From assembly GCA_950097015.1 (NCBI GenBank), contig CATNEN010000003.1, positions 14,756,001 to 14,820,000 of the forward strand: 64,000 bases of DNA, given 5' to 3'. Numbering within the stretch: the stretch's first letter is position 1; every line of letters starts with the position of its first letter. A program made the position numbers and the translations under genes. The notes under the pieces are model-generated. The model saw nothing but the letters and a program-made list of their open reading frames with translations, was not told where the DNA came from and searched no databases. Below are positions 12,796-21,705 of this stretch, piece after piece. Source of the stretch: Macrostomum hystrix. Taxonomy: Eukaryota > Animalia > Platyhelminthes.

Positions 12796-13750
12796 ATGAT
12801 ACAATATGAATAGTGAAACTTAGTACTGTTACTAAGCTAAACCTATCCTGCATGAGATGATTAGTGCACTAATCTCCTGATCTTCAAGATCCCATGGGGT
12901 TAGAGTGTGTCAGAGTGTCCGGGTTGTTGGGATCAAACTTTCTTCCTTCCCTTATCTGGCACCCCCGTATATACTGGGGCTATTTGTTAGACTTTTTTCA
13001 AACAAAAAGGCACGCATGCCTCTATATAGTGACAGCCTTAATTAGAGACTGTATGACCTCTCTATAGGGGAGTCTATACTTCGCGGATCAGAACTCTAAC
13101 CCACCCACGCCTTCTGTACGCGTGTGTTCCTGAGAATCTTTATTAGACACACTGAATTATTAGTTGCTTAATCAATGTTATGAATCTGTTCTCTATAATA
13201 CACTGCAGTTTTAAGTATGCTCACACACTGCATGCATTATTATTTGCAGTTAAATTTTCTTTAGCCCTCCTTGTGTGTATTGAGACCTCGGTTCTGATGA
13301 ATCTAAATAGAGAAACTGCAGTGCTAGGTCCCAGTTTACTGTAGGCAAATATAAACTTGTTACAGAAATACTTCTTAGGAGCTTTTGCTATCAATATTAC
13401 TTTGCGGAAATAGTATAACTGCGTGTAATAATGATATATTATATATTTTTTTGTTATAGGCATTCTAGCTGTATTGCATGTAATGAGTTGCCAGTTGATG
13501 AAGCTATGGATAGGATTGCTTGATAATAGAGAAATTAATTACTGTTCTTATATTTCTGATTTGTTTAGAAATTAACAATGAGCAGTAGTTGTATTTCTTA
13601 CGGATAGAAAATAAAATTACAACCCGTACAGATTACGTATGGCTTGAAAATAGATAATTTGTTGGTTTCATCTAATTAAGGGTTATTGATTTTCGATTTC
13701 TGAGAGAAGTTAGGAATCGAAATCTTGTTTATTTGTTCACTAGTTGTTTC

Positions 13751-14083
13751 TGTTGTGGGTTTCGTTACGATAATTCCGTAAATAGTTTTCTAGAACTTTC
13801 TACCACTTGTTATAACACTCTGTTGTTTCCAGAATCTTCTCTGCGCCTCCCCCGCGGGCTATCTATGAGAACTTTCTAGAAAGTTCTCCCACTCGCTCCC
13901 CAGGCTATAAATAGAAACCCCCGCGCGGTGCACACACTCAAGAACCTTTCCAGTATTTAATAATACTGCTGTTACAAATATACGCTTATCCAGTCGACTG
14001 CCGAGTGCTCCTTTCGGCGCTATACTTACATTTACCGACACTACAATTGGAATCTCTGTATTCGTTACTTCAAGAATACAACA
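13751..14083 (+). repeat. 5' LTR (333 bp)
   Basis: TG...CA termini with a 6-bp inverted repeat; no differences from 18484-18816 seen by eye. Confidence 0.96.
13788..13913 (+). promoter_or_regulatory. LTR promoter: three heat-shock elements and a TATA box
   Basis: TTCtaGAActTTC 13788-13800; TTCcaGAAtcTTC 13827-13839; GAActTTCtaGAAagTTC 13869-13886; TATAAATA 13906-13913. Confidence 0.8.
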
Positions 14084-14092
14084 GGGATTTTC

Positions 14093-14110
14093 TGGCGTCG
14101 CAAGCAGGAT
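14093..14110 (+). other. Primer binding site TGGCGTCGCAAGCAGGAT (tRNA-Ser-like)
   Basis: Begins with TGG, 9 nt after the LTR. The reverse complement ATCCTGC-TTGCGAC-G-CCA looks like a tRNA T-stem, acceptor stem, G discriminator and CCA. The tRNA identity is inferred. Confidence 0.7.
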
Positions 14111-14182
14111 CTTGATCAACTTCGAGGACGTCTAATCTACAACGACTGTCACTATTGACCGAAGGATCAAGCTACTACAATC

Positions 14183-17100
14183 ATGCCCGAAACGATGCAA
14201 GACGAGGATATAATCAGCCTCCTACGGCAGCAGATGGAAGAAGAACGCCAACAGCGGAACGCTGACCGGCAGATGATGCTCGACCTCATTCGGTCTCTAA
14301 AGCCTGCAGCGGACCAGTCCCAGGCTGCAGCTTTGCCGACACATGTGACGACGTCGACTCCGGGTTTCTCGCCATTCGACGCCACGTCCGAGCTCTGGCC
14401 CGACTACTTGGCCAGATTCTGCACCTTCACGGGCGCGAACTCCATACCCGACGACAAGAAGGCTCAGGTGTTCCTGACGAACCAGTCTCCGTCTGTCTAC
14501 AAGCTTCTCTCAAACTTGGCAGCGCAGCAGACGCCGCGGAAGGAGATCAACAAGCTCACTATGGACGAGATTGAGAAGTTCATGGAAGAACAGTATGACA
14601 CCAAGCGCTTCATCGTGCGGGAGCGTTTCCGGTTCTGGAGCGACATGCGGCGGAAACCGGGTGAGACGATCCAGGAACTGGCTGCGAGAATCCGCCAGGA
14701 TGCAACCACCTGCGATTTCTCTTCCATCAAAGATCCACTGGACGAGGCGCTGCGCACGCGTTTCATCTGCTCAGTGAGGAACGAAGCAGTACTCAAAGCT
14801 TTGTTCAAATTAAAGGTGGAAGAGCTCACGTTCGCCCGGGCTGTCGAGATCGCCATCGAGACAGAGGAAGCCGCCCGAGTCGCCAAGGAGACGGTTTACG
14901 GCGACAAATCCAGCCCCGTAAACAAGGTTAAGCAGAAGGTTCGGCGACCCGGAGCCACTTCGGCGAAATTTACGACAGATTCTACTGCTTCCAGGTCTAC
15001 TACTGACTCTGCGTCTGGTTCGTGCTACCGCTGCGGAGCGAAGAACCATCGGGCAAACGATTGCCGATTCAAAGACGCGACCTGCCGGCACTGCAAAAAG
15101 GTGGGTCACCTAGAACCTGTCTGCCGTTCCAACGCCAAAGGATCTGCCCCTGCGGCGAACTTCAAGAAGCCAGTGAAACAGGTCGAGGAGCATGTGCTTG
15201 TACGTGCTGTAGCCCAAACCGAGGACGACCTGCCTAAGCTGGAAGTGTCGATCCACATCCAAGGCAAGGCTCTCGCCATCGAGGTCGACACTGCGACAAA
15301 CGGCAACTTCATCACAGAGTCATTCTGGAAGAAGCTGGGGACGCCGCCGCTCGAAGTAGCGAAGTCACGCTACGAGTCCGCCAGCCGACACGACTTACCT
15401 GTACTAGGTACCTTCGTCGGGAAAACGACATTGCCTGGCTCAGCTCCTGAGCACGACATCCAGTACATCGTCACACAGGTGCCCGGCTTGAATCTACTCG
15501 GCCGGACCGCCACGAAGCTGTTGGGAATCTCCGTCGACAAACTGCTCGGCGCTGCCAGCGCCATTCAAGAAGTCAACGCAGTGTTTGACCACCTGTCGCC
15601 GGACGAGGCTCTTCAAAAGGCCTGCCGAAATCTTTGCGACGAATTCCCGGACCTGTGGAAGGACGAGCTGGGTTGCCTCAAGGACTTCAAGCTCGAGTTG
15701 CAGTTTAACCCGGATGCAAAGCCGGTGTTCCGGAAGGCTAGGCCTGTCCCCTTCGCCATCCGCGAGGAGCTCGAGCGCGCCTACGACGAGGGCATCAGGA
15801 GAGGCATCTGGGAGCCTACTGACTTCAATGACTACGGGACGCCCGTGGTCCCCGTGCGAAAGCCCTCGACCGGCTCAGAGCAGCCGAAACTGCGAGTCTG
15901 CGGAGACTACTCGTGCACTATCAACCCGCAGCTGGAAGACAACCGTCACCCGCTGCCCCTCCCAGAGGAACTGCTACAGAAGCTGGGAGGCAGCTACTGC
16001 TTCTCAAAGGTAGATCTGGCCGACGCCTACAACCAGATCGAGTTGGGACCGATGAGTCAGAGGCGCCTGGCACTGAGCACCCACCGGGGTGTGCTTCTTC
16101 AGAAGCGGCTCGCTTTCGGCCCGAAGTCTGCAGTGGGTGAGTTCCAGTTCATCATGGAAATGGTAGCCGGTGATCTGCCCGGAGTCGTTTTCTACTTGGA
16201 CGACTACCTGGTCGGCGGCGCGACCGCTGATGAGCATCTCGCAAACCTACGCCGGCTTTTCCAACGCCTTTCTGACAAGGGACTTCGCTGCCCACGGGAG
16301 AAGTGCAAATTCGCCATGCCCAGCATCGAGTACCTTGGCTATGTACTGTCGAAAGAAGGCATCGCCAAGGGAACCAAGGTGGACGCTGTCCGCGAAATGC
16401 CTCCACCAAAGGACGTGTCCAGCCTCCGGTCATTCCTCGGCTCGGTCCAGTTCTACGCAAAGTTTCTGCCGCCAAGCATGGCCACGATCTCTGAGCCGCT
16501 GTACCGACTCACCAGGAAGGACGCACCATGGACATGGGGCGACGCGGAGCAGCGGGCCTTCGAACAGATCAAGGAGGAGCTCTCGTCGGACAACGTGCTG
16601 GTCCACTACAATGCCGACCTCCCTCTCGGGCTCTCCTGCGACGCATCCAACGTCGGGATCGGCGCCGTCCTGTTCCACCGCTACCCGGATGGTAGCGAGC
16701 GGCCGATCGCCAACGCTTCAAAGTCTCTGACGGATGCTCAGCGCCGCTATCCTCAGATTCAGAAGGAAGCCCTTTCAATCATCTTCGGCCTAAAGAAGTT
16801 TTTCCAATACTTGTTCAACCGCAAGTTCATCCTGGTCACGGACCATAAGCCGTTGATTTCTCTATTCGGGCCCGAGAAGGAGACACCAGTGATGGCGGCA
16901 AACCGACTGGCTCGTTGGGCGAACCTGCTCCACAATTTCACCTACGAAATCGAGTACCGCCAGACGAAGAGTCACGGAAATGCGGACGCCCTGAGTCGCC
17001 TGCCAGTCGGAGACGACCTAGACTTCGACGGGGAGGAGAGCACAGCCGACTTCGACATGGTCTGTGCGATCAAGGTCCTGAGCCTGCAGATCCGGCCGGC

Positions 17101-18445
17101 TGACGCCTCAGCCGTGGCCAAAGAATCATCGAGGGACCCGGTGATCTCCACCGTCATGCGCTACTGTCGAGAAGGATGGCCACCAGACAGGCGAGACGAA
17201 GACGCCGAGGTGGCCCGCTTACGGAAGGTCAAAGATTCGCTCTCCTGCGGCAACGGGTGTCTTCTGCATGGCTGTCGTCTTGTGATTCCTCGGAACCTCC
17301 GGAATGAGGTGCTGAAGATTCTCCACCTCGGACACTTTGGAATACAGAGGATGAAGCAGCTGGCTCGATCGGCAGTCTACTGGCCGAACATCGACGACGA
17401 CGTCGAGCACCTGTGCCACGGCTGCCACAGCTGTGCTGAGCACCAAAATCATCCGCCAAAGGCCGCCGTCCATCCGTGGATGATGCCTGAGAAGCCTTGG
17501 AGTCGCCTACATCTGGATCACGCAGTCAACTTCCTCGGCACCAACTGGCTAGTGCTCACGGACGCCTACTCGAAGTACCCGTGCATACACTCGACGCAAT
17601 CCATGTCAACGCGGGCAACGATCGAGCTTCTGGAAGAAGACTTTGCCCACTTCGGCTACCCTCACGCCATCGTCACTGACAATGCAGCGGCATTCATGGC
17701 TGAGGAGTTTCAAGCTTGGTGTCGCGAACACGGCATCGCGCACCTCACAGGAGCTCCGTATCATCCTGCAACAAACGGAGCGGCCGAACGACTGGTTCAG
17801 ACCTTCAAGAAGGCCCTGAAGAAATCCAGCCTGCCACCTGCCAGGGCGCTACAGCAGTTCCTGATGCAGTACCGACGGACTCCTGCGGTCAACGGCTACT
17901 CTCCGAGCGAACTCCTAAATGGCCGGCAGATCAGGACGCAGATTGATACTCTGCTGCCATCTCCAGCCCATCTCGCCCAGGATCGCCAAGTCAAGCAGGC
18001 CGAAGAGTCCAGAGCTCGGAAAAAGGTGTCTCGCGTCCGAGAAGGCTACAACGTCGGAGATCCGGTCTACGCTCGCTACTACGGACCACGCCGCGAGAAG
18101 GAAGGCCGCTGGGTTCCGGCAGTGGTCACCAAGCGGCACGGCAGCCGCAGCGTCAACGTCAAGGTTGTCCCAAGCGGCCCGGTGTGGCGACGGCACTTCG
18201 ACCAGCTTCAACCGCGACACGTGTCCGCGGAAGACGGCGAGCCAGGATCACTGCCGACTCAACAAAACGAAACGGCCGGCCACCTGATGCTGCCGGCCAC
18301 ACCAGCGGTGGCACATCCAGGATCTCGACCCAGGCCTCCAGGATGGCGAGCGCCGGACCAAGTCCAACACCCGCCGCCCTACGGACCAGATAATCCACGA
18401 CGGTCGGCTAGGCAGCGAAAGCCACGGCTACAAATGGACTTATAG
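14183..18445 (+). CDS. Gag-Pol polyprotein, 1420 aa, single ORF
   Basis: Two CCHC knuckles (CYRCGAKNHRANDC, CRHCKKVGHLEPVC), protease EVDTA, RT (LRVCGDY, DLADAYNQ, YLDD), RNase H (CDAS, KEAL, TDHKPL), integrase HHCC plus DDE core (HLDH, VTDNA, GAAERLV). Confidence 0.97.
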   Translation: MPETMQDEDIISLLRQQMEEERQQRNADRQMMLDLIRSLKPAADQSQAAALPTHVTTSTPGFSPFDATSELWPDYLARFCTFTGANSIPDDKKAQVFLTNQSPSVYKLLSNLAAQQTPRKEINKLTMDEIEKFMEEQYDTKRFIVRERFRFWSDMRRKPGETIQELAARIRQDATTCDFSSIKDPLDEALRTRFICSVRNEAVLKALFKLKVEELTFARAVEIAIETEEAARVAKETVYGDKSSPVNKVKQKVRRPGATSAKFTTDSTASRSTTDSASGSCYRCGAKNHRANDCRFKDATCRHCKKVGHLEPVCRSNAKGSAPAANFKKPVKQVEEHVLVRAVAQTEDDLPKLEVSIHIQGKALAIEVDTATNGNFITESFWKKLGTPPLEVAKSRYESASRHDLPVLGTFVGKTTLPGSAPEHDIQYIVTQVPGLNLLGRTATKLLGISVDKLLGAASAIQEVNAVFDHLSPDEALQKACRNLCDEFPDLWKDELGCLKDFKLELQFNPDAKPVFRKARPVPFAIREELERAYDEGIRRGIWEPTDFNDYGTPVVPVRKPSTGSEQPKLRVCGDYSCTINPQLEDNRHPLPLPEELLQKLGGSYCFSKVDLADAYNQIELGPMSQRRLALSTHRGVLLQKRLAFGPKSAVGEFQFIMEMVAGDLPGVVFYLDDYLVGGATADEHLANLRRLFQRLSDKGLRCPREKCKFAMPSIEYLGYVLSKEGIAKGTKVDAVREMPPPKDVSSLRSFLGSVQFYAKFLPPSMATISEPLYRLTRKDAPWTWGDAEQRAFEQIKEELSSDNVLVHYNADLPLGLSCDASNVGIGAVLFHRYPDGSERPIANASKSLTDAQRRYPQIQKEALSIIFGLKKFFQYLFNRKFILVTDHKPLISLFGPEKETPVMAANRLARWANLLHNFTYEIEYRQTKSHGNADALSRLPVGDDLDFDGEESTADFDMVCAIKVLSLQIRPADASAVAKESSRDPVISTVMRYCREGWPPDRRDEDAEVARLRKVKDSLSCGNGCLLHGCRLVIPRNLRNEVLKILHLGHFGIQRMKQLARSAVYWPNIDDDVEHLCHGCHSCAEHQNHPPKAAVHPWMMPEKPWSRLHLDHAVNFLGTNWLVLTDAYSKYPCIHSTQSMSTRATIELLEEDFAHFGYPHAIVTDNAAAFMAEEFQAWCREHGIAHLTGAPYHPATNGAAERLVQTFKKALKKSSLPPARALQQFLMQYRRTPAVNGYSPSELLNGRQIRTQIDTLLPSPAHLAQDRQVKQAEESRARKKVSRVREGYNVGDPVYARYYGPRREKEGRWVPAVVTKRHGSRSVNVKVVPSGPVWRRHFDQLQPRHVSAEDGEPGSLPTQQNETAGHLMLPATPAVAHPGSRPRPPGWRAPDQVQHPPPYGPDNPRRSARQRKPRLQMDL

Positions 18446-18473
18446 ACTTTCTATCAGCTGTACTCACAGTTTT

Positions 18474-18483
18474 GGTGGGGAGG
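18474..18483 (+). other. Polypurine tract GGTGGGGAGG
   Basis: Purine-rich run directly abutting the 3' LTR. Confidence 0.8.
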
Positions 18484-18816
18484 TGTTGTGGGTTTCGTTA
18501 CGATAATTCCGTAAATAGTTTTCTAGAACTTTCTACCACTTGTTATAACACTCTGTTGTTTCCAGAATCTTCTCTGCGCCTCCCCCGCGGGCTATCTATG
18601 AGAACTTTCTAGAAAGTTCTCCCACTCGCTCCCCAGGCTATAAATAGAAACCCCCGCGCGGTGCACACACTCAAGAACCTTTCCAGTATTTAATAATACT
18701 GCTGTTACAAATATACGCTTATCCAGTCGACTGCCGAGTGCTCCTTTCGGCGCTATACTTACATTTACCGACACTACAATTGGAATCTCTGTATTCGTTA
18801 CTTCAAGAATACAACA
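18484..18816 (+). repeat. 3' LTR (333 bp)
   Basis: Direct repeat of 13751-14083 followed by the GTTTC TSD. Confidence 0.96.
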
Positions 18817-20014
18817 GTTTCCCAGAAAAAAAACGATCAGAAAAGTTTGGTTTCTAAGAATAAAAGAAAAGAAACACGCTGATTTCACAATAATGACTTT
18901 CGGTTTCATAGAAAGTACTGAAATGAACATCTTTTGTTTCCAAATACAAATGTTTTGTTTCCTGGAAAAATGATCAGAAAGACCTTTAGTTTACAAGTTT
19001 CCATCAGTTTAATCGAAATCAGGATTCAAAGCATTTTCGTTGTTGTAGGAAAAATGATGTCAAACACTTTCAGTTTCCTAGAAAATAGGATTTAACAAAC
19101 ATTCAGTTTCCCGGAAAGTTATAAAAAGCTTTAATTTTCCTAGAAAACTGGATCGGAAAAAGTTTTCCGAAATCTAAACACTTTCGGATTCTAAGAAAAA
19201 ATAACTCAAAAGAACTACAGATCCTCAGGTTTTTTTTTAGTTTTTGACTTTCCCGATTTGCACAACTTTTTACTTAAACTTGAATTTACACTTGAAATTC
19301 TGTTTCTTAGAAATTTATTCTTGTTTTTTTATCTATTGTTTGATGCCTGCTCTTTACTGTGCAGCAATGCAGTATGTACTAACAGTACATCTATGCGAGA
19401 AAAAAAGTACAGCGGATAAACTAAAAGCCATGATATTTCGAAAAAGTAAAATAAAATCCATCCTGAGATTTTATTTGTAGCGATCCACTATCATAAAAAA
19501 TGGGGGCTATAGAAAAGTCATATAAACGCCAGTTTGCGCTGGTGCAAACGACCGTGAAACATATTTTGGGGGGAAAAATATGCGGGTGAAGAAGATCAGG
19601 AAAAAGAATAATAAGGACAAAAGGCGGCATCTCGCAACGGTATTAAAGCCATCAAATGAGGTTCCTGCAATAATAATGCCGTCGTGCTAGATCGTGCTAG
19701 GGAGAGCTAGAACAGTCGCGGTGAAAGATGGAGACACTAGCCTGTCACGATTCTCCGTACCTCTCGATTTTTCTTCATTTCGTGCCAACAACCAACATCC
19801 GTTCTTATTATTATTTATAACTGTATGATGCTTTTCCATCCTTGCAAAATAATGGGAATAGCTGCCTATTATACCAATCAGCTTTATTTTCGTGTGTACA
19901 GAAAGGCACTTTAGGAATAATCCCTAGCTAGTGGTTTCCTGGAAATAATATCTTTCGATTCTACATACGATTCTAGGTACGATTCCATCCATCAATCTTG
20001 GCGCAATTGTAACT

Positions 20015-20390
20015 GCGATTCCATCTACAAATCTTGGTGCGATTTCATCTACGAATCTTGGTGCGATTCCATCTACAAATCTTGGTGCGATTCCATCTAC
20101 GAATCTTGGTGCGATTCCATCTACGAATCTTGGTGCGATTCCATCTACGAATCTTGGTGCGATTCCATCTACGAATCTTGGTGCGATTCCATATACGAAT
20201 CTTAGTGTGATTTCATCTAAGAATCTTGGTGCGATTCCATCTACGAATCTTGGTGCGATTCCATCTACGAATCTTGGTGCGATTCCATCTACGAATCTTG
20301 GTGCGATTCCATCTACGAGTCTTGGTGCGATTTCATCTACGAGTCTTGGTGCGATTCCATCTACGAATCTTGGTGCGATTCTTACGAATT
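20015..20390. repeat. 24-bp minisatellite (GATTCCATCTACGAATCTTGGTGC)
   Basis: About 15 copies; internal GATTC/GAATC inverted repeat. Confidence 0.95.
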
Positions 20391-20969
20391 AAAGGTCAAT
20401 TTATGAAAAAAAACTCATTCATTTTTTGGCCTTAATCAAAGAATGCGAGATGTATGAAAACGCAGGAGCTTTATATTTCATTTTATTGCACTTTCCGTTT
20501 CGCACTACTCACAAGTAGGCTGATTCTGCCATTTTTAGAAAATGGCCTAAATAATAAAATACCTAGATAAATTAGGAAGATTAGAGTAATTATTTTAAAA
20601 GCAGTTGGACTCACATGCAAATGCAGCGAAAATGCACAATTTTAGCAGAGATAATACAAAGTGCGTAAAAAAACTAGTTTTTTGCATTGACATTAAAGAA
20701 TATACTCGGAATTTAAAAACCATTTGGGACATACAGAAAGATCCAATGCTTTTGAATAATTAAATGCCAAGATAGGCTAAGTGCGAAAAGGCATAAAAAT
20801 GTAAGCAGGGTAGAAATTGGTAAACAAATAAATGATTATAAAATCCTGTGGCAGGTTAATGAATATTAAAGTCTCAGCACGATTAAAGGGTGGTAGCCGG
20901 TTAACGAAACAGGTAACAACCTCTGTTCCTAGATTAAGGGGCAGTTATTTTTATTGCAGTTAGTTTATT

Positions 20970-21260
20970 GGCTAGGGATAGCGGTGAGATCAAAGGATGT
21001 CTAGGGATAGCGGTGAGATCAAAGGATGGCTAGGGATAGCGGTGAGATCAAAGGATGGCTAGGGATAGCGGCGAGATCAAAAGATGGCTAGGGATAGCGG
21101 TGAGATCAAAGGATGGCTAGGGATAGCGGTGAGATCAAAGGATGGCTAGGGATAGCGGTGAGATCAAAGGATGGCTAGGGATAGCGGTGAGATCAAAGGA
21201 TGGCTAGGGATAGCGGCGAGATCAAATGATGGCTAGGGAAAGCGGTAAGATCAAAGGGTG
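20970..21260. repeat. 29-bp minisatellite (GGCTAGGGATAGCGGTGAGATCAAAGGAT), probably in the POLE 3' UTR
   Basis: About 10 copies, decaying toward the POLE stop codon; AATAAA on the - strand at about 20964-20969. Confidence 0.9.
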
Positions 21261-21446
21261 GTAAGGAGAGACGGCGTTAAGATCAATCTTAACGGAGGAT
21301 TGTATGGACGGCGGTATGATCAAAGCGTGGCTAGCAGAGACGGCGGTATATCAAAAGGAGCATAGGAGGGACGGCGATAAGATTAAAGATCGGCTAGGTT
21401 AGATCGCGATAAGATCAAAGAGCTGCATAGACAAAAAGCGGTCAGA

Positions 21447-21705
21447 TCAAAGGCTGTCCAGCAGCAGCCGGGCGGAGGTACGTAGGAGCGGCATCTCAAA
21501 GTGTTCAGCAACCGATAGGAGAGTTCTCAGTTGAACTAGCAGGTCGGGTCCATTGACTGTGCAGCGATATTGGCCGGCACAGGGGCACATTTTGGCCAGC
21601 GAACGGTCCATAACACAGTTGCACTTGCCGCAGGACAGATCCTGGAGGCTGCAGTTCAGGGCTAGAAGGCGAGCCACGCTCAGCAACCTCAGCTCCAGCA
21701 TACTT
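21447..21705 (-). CDS. POLE: POLE exon 21 (CysB and stop)
   Basis: LQDLSCGKC...CPCAG; TGA at 21447-21449. Confidence 0.92.

Larger units (their letters stand above)
13751..18816 (+). mobile_element. Full-length Ty3/Gypsy LTR retrotransposon (Mag-like), 5066 bp
   Basis: Two 333-bp LTRs (TGTTGT...ACAACA), 5-bp TSD GTTTC (13746-13750 and 18817-18821), PBS, PPT and an intact gag-pol ORF with PR-RT-RH-IN domain order. Confidence 0.97.

Noticed and set aside
8984-12853. Long ORFs of 320-665 aa on both strands
   Set aside because: They are translations of stop-free minisatellites, open in several frames, with no domain content.
13285-13335. Hammerhead ribozyme candidate (CTGATGA...GAAAC); also 10863-10923 and CTGACGA in SINE A
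   Set aside because: The stem II closing pair and stems I/III cannot be formed. In SINE A the CTGAC is sequestered in a CCTGAC/GTCAGG hairpin.
13859-14119. Duplicated ORF (also 18592-18930)
   Set aside because: Antisense translation of the two LTR copies.
14167-18398. Many short antisense or alternate-frame ORFs in the retrotransposon, possible env or accessory gene
   Set aside because: Shadow ORFs of GC-rich coding sequence; there is no room for env between the pol stop (18445) and the PPT.
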